NCBI GenBank assembly: GCA_011375175.1
Contig: DRME01000063.1
Span: forward strand, 12,182-76,181
Reading direction: 5' to 3'
DNA: 64,000 bases
Source: Deltaproteobacteria bacterium
GTDB taxonomy: Bacteria > Desulfobacterota > GWC2-55-46 > DRME01
The position numbers and the translations under genes are program-made. The notes beneath the pieces are model-generated. The model made no database searches. It saw nothing but the letters and a program-made list of their open reading frames with translations, and was not told the DNA's origin. Positions 18,701 through 28,433 of the stretch are shown one piece after another; the stretch's first letter is position 1; the number at the start of each line of letters is the position of its first letter.

Positions 18701-19864
18701 GTGGGTCTCGAGGGCCTCAGGATAGCTATAGTCCACGACTATCTCAATCAGAGGGGCGGGGCCGAACGGGTCGTGGCCGCGCTCCACGAGCTCTTTCCCC
18801 GGGCCCCCATCTATACGTCCATCGTCGATTACGACAACCTTCTGCCCGAGCTTGCCGGCGCCGACATCAGGCCCTCGTGGATGCAGCGTCTTCCCGGGGT
18901 TCTGCGCCACTTCAAGAAGTATGTCATGCTCTATCCGCGGGTCTTCGATTCGTTGATGCTCGATGGCTACGACATCATCGTGAGCTCGAGCAGCGCCTTC
19001 GGCAAGGGGGCCACAAAGGCCGACCCCTCCACCTTTCACGTCTGCTACTGTCACACGCCCATGCGTTTTGTCTGGGACTACGAAAGCTACGTGGAGCGCG
19101 AGGGAATGGGGCCGCTCACAAGGGCCGTGCTCCCCCGGTTCATCGAGGGACTCAGGCGGTGGGACCTGGCCACGAAGGACCGTCCCGACCGCTACGTTGC
19201 CAATTCGTCGAAGACGAGGGAGAGGATAGCCCGCTTTTACGGCCGCCACAGCACCGTCATCTTTCCGCCGGTGGAGACCTCCAAGTTCACGCCTTCGGCC
19301 GGCGCCGGCGATTATTACCTGATAGTGTCGCGCCTCAACTCCTACAAGTCCATAGACCTGGCCGTCGAGGCCTTCAACACCCTTGGTCTGCCGCTCAAGG
19401 TCGTGGGCGACGGCCCCTACGCTCCTGCGCTGCGGGCCATGGCGGCGCGCAACGTGGAGTTTCCCGGTCCCTGCGGCGACGACGAGCTCGCCCGCTGGTA
19501 CGCTGGGTGCCGGGCGCTCGTCTTTCCGGGCGAGGAGGACTTCGGCATAGCGCCGCTCGAGGCGAACGCGGCGGGCCGCCCGGTCATCGCCTTCCGCGGC
19601 GGCGGGGCCCTCGATACCGTGAAGGAAGGGGTAAGCGGCATATTCTTCGACGAGAGGACGCCGGAGTCGATAGCCGACGCCGTAAGGCGCTTCGAGGAGG
19701 GCGCCATGGATGTGGACCCCGCGGCCATACGGGCCCACGCCCTGCGCTTCGACAGCCGGGTCTTCAAGGAGAGGTTCCTGGGTTTTATCGAGGAGAAGTT
19801 CGAGGAGTTCGCGGGCGGCGGGCGGACCAGGGCCGCCGCCGGGACGGGAGGGCGCCGTGGTTAA
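18701..19864 (+). CDS. Glycosyltransferase family 4 (group 1)
   Basis: 387 aa. It has …FPGEEDFGIAPLEANAAGRPVIAF…, the EX7E GT4 C-domain. Confidence 0.8.
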   Translation: MGLEGLRIAIVHDYLNQRGGAERVVAALHELFPRAPIYTSIVDYDNLLPELAGADIRPSWMQRLPGVLRHFKKYVMLYPRVFDSLMLDGYDIIVSSSSAFGKGATKADPSTFHVCYCHTPMRFVWDYESYVEREGMGPLTRAVLPRFIEGLRRWDLATKDRPDRYVANSSKTRERIARFYGRHSTVIFPPVETSKFTPSAGAGDYYLIVSRLNSYKSIDLAVEAFNTLGLPLKVVGDGPYAPALRAMAARNVEFPGPCGDDELARWYAGCRALVFPGEEDFGIAPLEANAAGRPVIAFRGGGALDTVKEGVSGIFFDERTPESIADAVRRFEEGAMDVDPAAIRAHALRFDSRVFKERFLGFIEEKFEEFAGGGRTRAAAGTGGRRG

Positions 19865-21272
19865 GAAGAAGGCCCAGGTGCTGGCCGCCGCGGCCTACGG
19901 CATCGACATGGCGGCGACCGTCGCGTCCTTCTATCTCGCCTACTGGATAAGGGATACGTGGTTCACCTCCTTCGACAAGCTCTTCGGACTCGCCCAGTAC
20001 CACTGGCTGCTGCTCTTCATCATCCCGATCTGGACGGCCGCCCTCTTCTACGCCGGCGCCTACAGGTTCTCGCTCACCTCGTCGCTCGTAAGGGACCTCG
20101 TGCGCGCCTGGACGGCCGTGCTCGTCGGGGCGCTCGCGCTCGCGGCCCTCATCTTCCTGTACAAGACCCTCTACTTCAGCCGGCTCTTCCTCGCCGTATT
20201 CGTCGCATCGAACCTGTTGACGCTGACCGTGACGCGGCTCGTCTTCTACAAGGTGGTGGCCTGGGGTCTGCGAAGCGAGCAAAACAGGAGAAACGTCATA
20301 ATCGTCGGCACCGGCGGGACGGCACGCAACATCGGGAGGCTCGTGGCCGAGCACAGGGGCTGGGGCTTCAACCTCCTGGGCTACATAAGGGAGGACGATA
20401 CCGGCGGGGAGGCGGGCGGGCTCGGCGCTCCCGTCATAGGGACCATAGGGGACATACCCGAGCTCGTGCGAAAGAGCGTGGTCGACGAGGTCATCTTCGC
20501 CGTCTCGCGCGAGCGTGTCGAGGAGCTGGAAAACATCTTCCTCTTCCTCGAGGACCACGGCATAAACGCCCGCCTTGCGCTCGACATCTTCCCCCACATG
20601 ATAGCGAGGGTCCACATCGAGGAGATAGGCGATACGCCGCTTCTCACCTTCACCACCATACCGACCAACGAGGTGGCGCTGCTCGTCAAGCGCCTCGTCG
20701 ACATAGTCCTCTCGGCGGCCGCTCTGGTGCTCCTCTCCCCGCTCTTCGCCGTCATACCGGTCCTCATAAAGCTCACCTCGCCGGGGCCGGTCCTCTTCGT
20801 GCAGAAACGCTGCGGGCTGAACGGCAGGGTCTTCGACTTCTACAAGTTCCGCTCCATGTACGTCGGCTCCGAGAAGATGAAGCCACGGCTTGCTTCCCTC
20901 AACGAGAACGACGGTCCGGCCTTCAAGATGCGCAACGACCCGAGGATAACGCCCGTGGGCAGGTTCCTGCGTAAGACGAGTCTCGACGAGCTGCCCCAGT
21001 TCTGGAACGTCCTCAAGGGGGACATGAGCATCGTCGGCCCGCGGCCGCCGATCCCCTCCGAGGTGGCCCGTTACGAGCGCTGGCAGAGGCGAAGGCTCTC
21101 CATGAAGCCGGGACTCACCTGCCTGTGGCAGGTGAGCGGGCGCAGCCTGCTCCACTTCCACGACTGGATGCGCCTGGACCTCCAGTACATAGACAACTGG
21201 AGCCTCTGGCTCGACATAAAGATAATGTTCAAGACCATCCCCGCCGTCTTCTCCGGCAAGGGCGCCTATTGA
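19857..21272 (+). CDS. Initiating polyprenyl-phosphate hexose-1-phosphate transferase (WbaP/WcaJ bacterial sugar transferase family)
   Basis: GTG start overlaps the upstream stop. It has N-terminal TM segments and a C-terminal bacterial sugar transferase domain (…[27 protein letters not shown]…[21 protein letters not shown]…). Confidence 0.85.
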   Translation: MVKKKAQVLAAAAYGIDMAATVASFYLAYWIRDTWFTSFDKLFGLAQYHWLLLFIIPIWTAALFYAGAYRFSLTSSLVRDLVRAWTAVLVGALALAALIFLYKTLYFSRLFLAVFVASNLLTLTVTRLVFYKVVAWGLRSEQNRRNVIIVGTGGTARNIGRLVAEHRGWGFNLLGYIREDDTGGEAGGLGAPVIGTIGDIPELVRKSVVDEVIFAVSRERVEELENIFLFLEDHGINARLALDIFPHMIARVHIEEIGDTPLLTFTTIPTNEVALLVKRLVDIVLSAAALVLLSPLFAVIPVLIKLTSPGPVLFVQKRCGLNGRVFDFYKFRSMYVGSEKMKPRLASLNENDGPAFKMRNDPRITPVGRFLRKTSLDELPQFWNVLKGDMSIVGPRPPIPSEVARYERWQRRRLSMKPGLTCLWQVSGRSLLHFHDWMRLDLQYIDNWSLWLDIKIMFKTIPAVFSGKGAY

Positions 21273-21460
21273 ACTGAGGGAACCTTTTTGTAAAAAAGGT
21301 TCCCTCAGACTCCCTCCAAAAACTTTTAACGCCCTGCGGACCATCCCGATTCTGCTTGCAGAATCGGGATGGTCCGCAGGGGATTAAAAGTCTTTGAAGG
21401 GGGTCTGGGGGAAACGTGGGCCTGTGGCCCTTCTGCGGAAAGTTTCCCCCGGTGAAGGCT
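21273..21460. repeat. Composite palindromic repeat, copy 3 (inverted orientation relative to copy 2)
   Basis: Contains ctgagggaacctttttgtaaaaaaggttccctcag, the hairpin tcccgattctgcttgcagaatcggga and gggggaaac…gtttccccc-type modules. Confidence 0.75.
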
Positions 21461-22335
21461 CAGCGGCGGCGGCCCACGGCGAGCAGGCTCGTGCCGTGGC
21501 CCATGCGCGAGCCGTCGATGACGGCGAGTTCTCTCTTGAAGAGCGCCTCCATGAGCATGCCGGCAGGGCCCTTTTTGGGCGCGTGGTCGGCCCTGGTCTC
21601 CGACAGGCGCGTCTTTTCATCGGCGTCCGTGCGGCCGAGCCCGAGCCGGTGGGGGAGGGTCCGCATGATGAAGAGGGGGGCGGCCATGAAGGAGAAGAAG
21701 AAGGTGTGGTACTCGGTCTCGAGGCCGGCCCCGTCGAGGGCGCGGCGGAGGGCGGCCGGGCCGTAGCGCCTGAAGTGACCGGCCCGCACGTCGGCGTGGC
21801 TCCAGAGCCAGTCGTGGGCCGGCACGGTCACGTAGAGCCTTCCGCCGTCACAGAGCGTCCTCGCCGCCTCGCGGAGCAGCCCTTCCGGCCTGCGCAGGTG
21901 CTCGATGACATCGAAGAGCCCTATGCCTCCGACCGTGCCTTCCGCAATGGAGAGCTCCTCGAGGCGGGCGTTTACCACCGTCTCCACGCCCCGCTCCACG
22001 GCGTTTAGGCAGCCGCCGTAGCCGGGCTCCACGAGCCAGGCGTCGAAGCCGGCCTTGCCGAGCGCCATGGTGACGAAGCCGTTTCCCCCTCCCACGTCGA
22101 GCATGGCGCCGGCCGGCGGGAATCGCCTGACCACGGTCGTGATGACGCTGTTTCTGTGGCTGAACCAGAAGGACGACTCTTCGACGGCGTAGCAGCGGTC
22201 GTGGCCGTCTTCGGGGTAGGAGATCTCCCTGTCCCGCTCCTGCGGCAGCCGCCATACCCCCCTTTCGTCGCGCCTCAGGCCCGCCGCCGGGAAGGGCCTG
22301 CCTTCACGGTCTTTCATGGCGCCGGGAGCGGTCAC
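21460..22335 (-). CDS. Class I SAM-dependent methyltransferase
   Basis: 291 aa with motif I LDVGGGNGFVTMAL and a post-I acidic residue. It is the last gene of a minus-strand operon. Confidence 0.7.
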   Translation of the reverse strand: MTAPGAMKDREGRPFPAAGLRRDERGVWRLPQERDREISYPEDGHDRCYAVEESSFWFSHRNSVITTVVRRFPPAGAMLDVGGGNGFVTMALGKAGFDAWLVEPGYGGCLNAVERGVETVVNARLEELSIAEGTVGGIGLFDVIEHLRRPEGLLREAARTLCDGGRLYVTVPAHDWLWSHADVRAGHFRRYGPAALRRALDGAGLETEYHTFFFSFMAAPLFIMRTLPHRLGLGRTDADEKTRLSETRADHAPKKGPAGMLMEALFKRELAVIDGSRMGHGTSLLAVGRRR

Positions 22336-22994
22336 GGCCCGGTCCCGCCGCCCCGCAGGGGCCTGGCCGGCACGCCGGCCACGACCGCACCGTCGGCAAC
22401 GTCCCCCACCACCACGGCTCCGGCCCCCACAACGCTCCCGGCTCCGATCCTCACCCGCTCCTTCACGACCGCGCCGGCGCCGATGTAGGCGCCATCGCCC
22501 ACCGTCACGTGGCCGCAGAGCGTAACCCCCGGACCTATGAAGGCGAACTCTCCTATGCGGTTATTGTGGTTCACCACGGCGCCCATCCTCACGGCCGCCT
22601 GCCTCCCGACGACGACGTCCGCGCCGAAGAGCACGCCCGCCATGACCACGGCGCCCGTGCCCACCTCGACGCCGGCGAGGTCGCAGGCCGGGTGGACGAG
22701 GGTTGCGCAGCGCGCCCCGGCGGCCTCGATCCTCGCCGCCACGGCGCGCCTTGCCGCCGTGGTGGAGAAGACGTTGTTTACCAGCAGGCAGCCACGCTTC
22801 ACGTACTCCTCTATGGCCTCGCCGCCGCCGAGTATGGGAAGGCCCATGAAGGATGTCTCCCTGCCGGCCTTCAGGTCGTCGAGGTAGCCCGCCACGCGGA
22901 AGGCAGGGGCCTCGGCGTTGACGGCGCCGATGAGCTTGAGAGTGTCGGGGTACGACGCCCCGTATATCAAGAGGTCTTCGACGGCGGCCTTCAC
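22332..22994 (-). CDS. Sugar O/N-acetyltransferase, NeuD/PglD family (left-handed beta-helix)
   Basis: GTG start preceded by GGGAGAGGA. The N-terminus is LLIYGASYPDTLKLI…FRVAGYLDD. The C-terminus has hexapeptide repeats (IGPGVTLCGHVTVGDGAYIGAGAVV…). Confidence 0.75.
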   Translation of the reverse strand: MKAAVEDLLIYGASYPDTLKLIGAVNAEAPAFRVAGYLDDLKAGRETSFMGLPILGGGEAIEEYVKRGCLLVNNVFSTTAARRAVAARIEAAGARCATLVHPACDLAGVEVGTGAVVMAGVLFGADVVVGRQAAVRMGAVVNHNNRIGEFAFIGPGVTLCGHVTVGDGAYIGAGAVVKERVRIGAGSVVGAGAVVVGDVADGAVVAGVPARPLRGGGTGP

Positions 22995-23944
22995 GTCCTC
23001 TCCCTTATTATGTAGCGCGGCGAGTGGTTGACCTCCTCGATGATCCTTATGAGGTACTCGCCGATGAGACCCATGGAAAGGAGTATGAGGCCGCTGAAGA
23101 AGGTGATGAGCAGCACGAGCGTTATGAATCCCGGGGCGCTCACCTTGCCCTGCGCGTACCAGAAGGCGTAGAGGGCGGTGAGCAGCAGGCTCAGCGACGC
23201 CGCCGCGAGTCCCACGAGACTCACCACCTTGAGCGGCAGGGTGGAGAAGTTGAGGACGTTGTCGAGCGTGATCTTCACAAGCCTTGCAAGGCTGTAGCCC
23301 GAGCGCCCGTGCCTGCGCTCGTCGTGCTCGACCTCCACGTTGACTATGGAGCGGGCGTTCCTGAGAAGCAGCGGCGTGAGCACGGGATTGCGCGTCCTGT
23401 ACTGGACGAGGGCGTCGCGCACGCCGGCCGTGAAGATACGGAAGCTCGACGTGGTGAGATCGCGGGGCTTGTTGAATATGACGCGGTATATCCACGACAC
23501 GAAGGCCGTGCCCATGTTGCGGTAGAGGCTGTGGCGCTTGGTGCGGGGGGCGCCGATTACGCATTCCACCTCGTCGTCCGACTCTATCCTTGCGATGAGT
23601 TTCGGTATCTCTTCGGGCGGGTTCTGGAGGTCGTCGTCGAGGGTTATGACGTAACGGCCCCTGGCGTGATCGAGGGCGCAGAGCAGGGCCTTGTACTGGC
23701 CCACGTTGCTCATCATGCGAAATCCCCTTATGGCCGGATAGCGCTTCTTCAGCCTCTTTATCTCCCGCCACGAGCCGTCGCGCGATGCGTCGTCCACCAG
23801 TATGACCTCGTAGGGCCGCCCCGTGGCGTCCATTACGGCCGTGAGGCGCTCCATGAGCTCGGCGAGCGTGGCCTGCGAGTTGTAGACGGGGATGGTCACC
23901 GAGTAGACCGTCTCTTCTTCGTCCATGGAAAGGTGCTCAGCCAT
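22991..23944 (-). CDS. GT2 glycosyltransferase, polyprenyl-phosphate sugar synthase-like (DPM1/ArnC/GtrB-like) with C-terminal TM helices
   Basis: ATG preceded by GGAGGA. It has YSVTIPVYNSQATL…VILVDDASRDGS…TLDDDLQNPPEEIP and two C-terminal TM segments. Confidence 0.8.
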   Translation of the reverse strand: MAEHLSMDEEETVYSVTIPVYNSQATLAELMERLTAVMDATGRPYEVILVDDASRDGSWREIKRLKKRYPAIRGFRMMSNVGQYKALLCALDHARGRYVITLDDDLQNPPEEIPKLIARIESDDEVECVIGAPRTKRHSLYRNMGTAFVSWIYRVIFNKPRDLTTSSFRIFTAGVRDALVQYRTRNPVLTPLLLRNARSIVNVEVEHDERRHGRSGYSLARLVKITLDNVLNFSTLPLKVVSLVGLAAASLSLLLTALYAFWYAQGKVSAPGFITLVLLITFFSGLILLSMGLIGEYLIRIIEEVNHSPRYIIRERT

Positions 23945-23987
23945 CGGGTATCCTCCGGGCAGCGCCGGCCGGGGCGGCGGGGCCTCG

Positions 23988-26021
23988 CTATGAGCGGCCC
24001 CCGCCCTCTTCCACGTAGAGGTCGAGGGTCGCCGTCTTCGCCCCCTTCTGGGCGAACCAGGCGACGTTCTCCTGGACAAGGTCGATCTCCACCGTGTAGC
24101 GGCCGGGCCTGCGCGGGGCGATGAAGCGCGCGCCGTTGACCGACGTCGTGCCCGGCGTCACGCAGTAGAGCGGCGTGCGCGAGAAATCCCGGTCGATCAT
24201 GGCGCCGTCGCCGTCGCGCAGCTGCGCGCCGACGCGCACGGGAAAGAACCTCGTGGAGCAGAGCGTGTGGGTGCCCCTGTTCGTTATCTCCACCGGGACC
24301 ACCACGATCTCGCCGGGCAGGGCGCGCACCTGCTCCACGGCGGCGCGCAGCTCCACCCGGAAGGCGCTCTCCGGGAGCCTGAAGTCGAGTGGCCGGGTGA
24401 GGGCGCGGTAGTCGCGCCAGGCCGGCAGGCGCTCGGTTATGTTGTAGTCGAAGGCGAGGATGCGGTACGGGCCGTGGGCGAGCTCGCGGGCCGGGCGGCC
24501 GAGCCGCGTAAAGAGGATTTCGTTGTCGATCTCCTCGCCCGGCGAGAGCATGATGAAGCTCGGTCCCCGGTGGTTCTCGGCCGCGTACCAGCGCCGCGAC
24601 GACAGCCAGTAGTAGGGCTCCAGGAGTCCTTCGGCGTTTATGAGAATCTGGTTCGTCTGCACTCTCCAGTCCGAGAGGGCCGTTATGACGCCGGCGTTCC
24701 AGAAGGTGGCGTAGCCGTAACTCGCGCCTTCGGCCTCTAAGAAGGCCGTGACGTCGGAGAAGTGGTTCCTCTGACGACCGAGCTCGATGGAGCCGTCCGG
24801 GCGGACCTTCAGCAGCGCCGGTGCGTTGAGCAGGAGCATGGAGCTCAAGCAGAAGGGGAGCAGCGCCGCCGTCAGCGCCGCGGCGGACTTCTCGCCGAGG
24901 CGCAGGCCGTCGACGGACATGCCGAGGACGACGGTCGAGAGGAAGAGCGGATAGACGAGGTAGCGCGACGAGAACCTGTCTATGGTGACGGTGGTGAGGA
25001 GCAGCGAGAGCAGCGCCACCGTGAGGCAAAGGCCGTAGTAGGCCACCATCATCCGCAGGCGGCGGTCCCCGCCGCCTCTTGCGGCGACCAGCATCCACAG
25101 CGGCACCAGGAAGACGACGGCGGCGAGAAAGGCGCCGCGCAGCCAGTTGAGCGGCGCAAAGGGGATGTAGAAGGGGGCGCGTCCCGTGAAGACGCCGTTG
25201 AAGAGAAAGCCGAGGCCCTCCAGCACTATCCTTGCGTTTTCGGGGATCCTCTCGTAGGGGACGAGTCTTATGGGCGCGCCCGCGGCCGTGCCCTTGGAGG
25301 CCGCGAAGGCCCAGTAGCTCATGATTCCGCCGAGAGAGGCGAGCACCCATATGCCGGCGACAACGAGGTAGCGGTAGTCGCGCTCCCCGTGGCGCCTGTC
25401 CATGACCCATGCGCCGAGAAGCACGGCGACGAAGGGGAGGATGTTTCGCGCGAGGTTGGATAGGCCGGTGAGGGCGTTGAAGAAGACGAGAAAGAAGAGC
25501 AGGGCCGTCAGCGCCGCGGCCCGGCTCTCCCGGAGAAGGTCGCTATTGAGCAGGGAAAAAGAGACGGCCACGGCGGCCAGCGCCACGAGTGTGCCGTCGA
25601 GATAGGACGCCTGGCCGTACATGTACTCGGCGAAAAAGGACGATACCCCCGTTCCAAGGAGCGACGCCGTCACCAGGAAGCCTATGGAGGTGCGGCCTCC
25701 CATGACGGCCCTGACCGTCCACAGGAGGGCCGCGATGAAGGCGAGGACCGCAAGGCCCCGGCAGGCGATGGAGTAGCCCAGGAAGGGGGAGAAGAGGTGC
25801 ATCAGGAGCGTGGGCTTGAGGAGCATTATGCCCGTGCCGTAGTTCCACAGCGCCGGAAGCAGCGACCACGAGTCGCGCTGTTCCCTGGCAAGCCCCATGT
25901 AGGCCGCCGAGTCGGAGTGGAATATGACCGGATATGTGACGAATATATAGAAGAGCAGCGACAGCGCGCCTGCTACGGCGGTCGCCTGGAGCATGAGTGC
26001 CGCAGGGCGGTTAAAGCTCAA
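23988..26021 (-). CDS. Large polytopic membrane protein, putative GT-C-fold glycosyltransferase
   Basis: 677 aa. It has ≥10 predicted TM helices in the N-terminal two-thirds and a ~250-aa soluble C-terminal domain. It is the first gene of the operon, directly upstream of the GT2 polyprenyl-P-sugar synthase. Confidence 0.45.
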   Translation of the reverse strand: MSFNRPAALMLQATAVAGALSLLFYIFVTYPVIFHSDSAAYMGLAREQRDSWSLLPALWNYGTGIMLLKPTLLMHLFSPFLGYSIACRGLAVLAFIAALLWTVRAVMGGRTSIGFLVTASLLGTGVSSFFAEYMYGQASYLDGTLVALAAVAVSFSLLNSDLLRESRAAALTALLFFLVFFNALTGLSNLARNILPFVAVLLGAWVMDRRHGERDYRYLVVAGIWVLASLGGIMSYWAFAASKGTAAGAPIRLVPYERIPENARIVLEGLGFLFNGVFTGRAPFYIPFAPLNWLRGAFLAAVVFLVPLWMLVAARGGGDRRLRMMVAYYGLCLTVALLSLLLTTVTIDRFSSRYLVYPLFLSTVVLGMSVDGLRLGEKSAAALTAALLPFCLSSMLLLNAPALLKVRPDGSIELGRQRNHFSDVTAFLEAEGASYGYATFWNAGVITALSDWRVQTNQILINAEGLLEPYYWLSSRRWYAAENHRGPSFIMLSPGEEIDNEILFTRLGRPARELAHGPYRILAFDYNITERLPAWRDYRALTRPLDFRLPESAFRVELRAAVEQVRALPGEIVVVPVEITNRGTHTLCSTRFFPVRVGAQLRDGDGAMIDRDFSRTPLYCVTPGTTSVNGARFIAPRRPGRYTVEIDLVQENVAWFAQKGAKTATLDLYVEEGGGRS

Positions 26022-26295
26022 CGGTATTTTCCTCGATATTAATGTTGTCGTCCCGTGCGGGGCCGCAGGCCCCGCCGTGACGGCGCCATGTGTGCATTAT
26101 AATATACAGTATGAGCCGGAAGCAGGGCAATACAAATCTCGACGGCGGCCATAGCGCTTGAAGGAGGTTCGGCGTAGTGGTAAGATCAGCGGAACAGACC
26201 GTTTCTTCCTGCAGTGTTCACGTCGAGGGCGCCGGACGGGCCGCCTCGGCCCTCACCGGCGGCTTCGAGCCGGCCCGCGACTCCGGGACCCCGTA

Positions 26296-27342
26296 ATGTC
26301 TCTGTCAGCCAAATCGTCGTTTCTTCTCAGTCTCCTCTACGCCAGGGCAGCGGGCAGGAGGATACCGCTCACCGTCATATTCAACGTAACGGACCGGTGC
26401 AACCTCAAGTGCGCCTACTGCTACGCCGGGTACCACAGGCGCCGGAAACCGGAGCTCACGACCGGCCAGATAAGGCGCGCAATCGACGAGCTCGCGGAGA
26501 TGGGCTGCCGCCGCGTGAGCATAAGCGGCGGCGAGCCGCTTCTCAGAAAGGACATAGGCGAAATAATAGGGCACGTCAGGTCGCTGGGGCTCATGTGCAC
26601 GGTCAACAGCAACGGCGCGCTCGTGCCCCGCAGGATCGACGACCTCCGGGGCATAGACGCCCTCGCCCTGAGCCTCGACGGCGACAGGGAGGCCCACGAC
26701 GCATACCGCGGCGAGGGGAGTTTTGATCGGGTCATCGAGGCCATAGAGGCGGCCAGGGCCGCGGGCATAAGGGTCCACACCAACACGGTCCTTACGAAAA
26801 AGAACCTCCATACCGTCAAGTTCGTCCTCGATCTGGCCGATGAATATGAAATAATGGCCGAGTTCAACCTCTGCATCGCCTATCTCTTCGACAGGGACAA
26901 GGCGGCCGACTACAAGAGCGACGACGAGAAGATAAGGGATGTGCTAAGAGAGATCATAAGGTACAAGGACGAGGGCAGACGCATTCTCTTTTCGCGGCAG
27001 GCCTACGAGCTGAGCCTCAAGTGGCCGAGCTACGACATGGAGTCGGTCTTCGGCGAGGAGCCGGACTTTCCCCACGCCCGCTGCGCCGCGGGCCGCTACT
27101 TCTGCTTCTTCGACACCGACGGCACGCTCTACGCCTGCCCCCATCTCATGGGTCTGCAGAAAGGGCGCAGCGTCGTGGCCGACGGCCTTGCAAGGGCCTT
27201 CGACGGCCTCGACGACCACGACTGCAGGGCCTGCTACCAGGTATACCACAACGAGTTCAACCTGCTCTTCGGCCTCGACTGGAGGGTGCTGGCCAATCAG
27301 ATACGGAACAACCTCTTTTCCTTTCACCGCGAACGAGAATGA
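26296..27342 (+). CDS. Radical SAM/SPASM domain protein (paralog A)
   Basis: CNLKCAYC (Cx3Cx2C) at residues ~24–31 and GGEPLL. The C-terminus has Cys clusters typical of SPASM auxiliary Fe-S domains (CAAGRYFC…YACPH…HDCRACY). Confidence 0.85.
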   Translation: MSLSAKSSFLLSLLYARAAGRRIPLTVIFNVTDRCNLKCAYCYAGYHRRRKPELTTGQIRRAIDELAEMGCRRVSISGGEPLLRKDIGEIIGHVRSLGLMCTVNSNGALVPRRIDDLRGIDALALSLDGDREAHDAYRGEGSFDRVIEAIEAARAAGIRVHTNTVLTKKNLHTVKFVLDLADEYEIMAEFNLCIAYLFDRDKAADYKSDDEKIRDVLREIIRYKDEGRRILFSRQAYELSLKWPSYDMESVFGEEPDFPHARCAAGRYFCFFDTDGTLYACPHLMGLQKGRSVVADGLARAFDGLDDHDCRACYQVYHNEFNLLFGLDWRVLANQIRNNLFSFHRERE

Positions 27343-27395
27343 GGGGCCGTCTCCCTCGTGCGGAAGGCTTCCCCGGCAACGGAGGGTTATGACCA

Positions 27396-28433
27396 ATGAG
27401 CCTTGCTGACAGGGCCGTATTCTTCGGGAGGGTCATAAAGTCGCGGCTCACCGGCGCGCGCGCGCCGCTCGTGGTTGTGCTCAACGTCATCAACCGCTGC
27501 AACCTGCGGTGCATATACTGTTACGGCGAGTACTACGACAGGAAGGTCGCCGACTTCACCACCGGCGAGCTGAAGGACCTCATAGACGAACTCGCCGCCA
27601 TGGGCACCAAGTCCATAACCATAGGCGGCGGCGAGCCGCTGCTCAGAGGCGACATAGGCGAGATAATAGCCCACGTCAAGAGCCGCCGCATCGAGTGCGG
27701 CATGAACACCAACGGCACTCTCATACCGAAGAAGATCGACGCCGTCTCGCAGCTCGACTCGGTCTGCGTGAGCCTCGACGGCGACGAGGTGCCCAACGAC
27801 CTCAACCGCGGCGACGGCACCTACCGCCGCATCGTGGAGGGCATAAAGGCCGCCAGGGCCGCCGGCGTCCACGTCCACACCAACACGGTGCTCACGAGGA
27901 ACAGCATAGGGTCCATAGACCATATCATGAGGCTCGCCCGCAAGCTCGGCTTCATGACGGAGTTCAACCTGCCCTTCTACCTCGGCGAGAGGGACTCGAA
28001 GAACGACGAGCTCTATCCAGACGACGAGCAGTGCCGCCGGGCGTGGCGCAAGATACTGGACTACAAGGCCAGGGGCTATCCCGTGCTCTTTTCGAGGGCC
28101 TCGCACCTCTACGCCCTGCGCTGGCCCGACTACCGCCGGCGCGTCTACTACGACGAGGACCCCGACTTCGATTACATACGCTGTTACGCCGGCAGGCTCA
28201 TGTGCTTCATAGACAGCGACGGGTCGGTCTACCCCTGCGCGCAGCTTATCGGCACCTTCGAGGCCCGCAACATACGCGACGAGGGCGGCTTCGCCGCCGC
28301 CTGGGAGCACCTGGCGTCAAACCCATGCAGGACCTGTTACTTCACGTGCTTCAACCACTTCAACCTCATCTTCAGGCTCGACGCCTCCACCATCGCCGAG
28401 ACCGTGAAGAACACCTTCAGGGAAGCGCTCTGA
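27396..28433 (+). CDS. Radical SAM/SPASM domain protein (paralog B)
   Basis: CNLRCIYC, GGGEPLL and a C-terminal Cys cluster (CYAGRLMC…YPCAQ…NPCRTCY). It is collinear throughout with paralogs A and C. Confidence 0.85.
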   Translation: MSLADRAVFFGRVIKSRLTGARAPLVVVLNVINRCNLRCIYCYGEYYDRKVADFTTGELKDLIDELAAMGTKSITIGGGEPLLRGDIGEIIAHVKSRRIECGMNTNGTLIPKKIDAVSQLDSVCVSLDGDEVPNDLNRGDGTYRRIVEGIKAARAAGVHVHTNTVLTRNSIGSIDHIMRLARKLGFMTEFNLPFYLGERDSKNDELYPDDEQCRRAWRKILDYKARGYPVLFSRASHLYALRWPDYRRRVYYDEDPDFDYIRCYAGRLMCFIDSDGSVYPCAQLIGTFEARNIRDEGGFAAAWEHLASNPCRTCYFTCFNHFNLIFRLDASTIAETVKNTFREAL

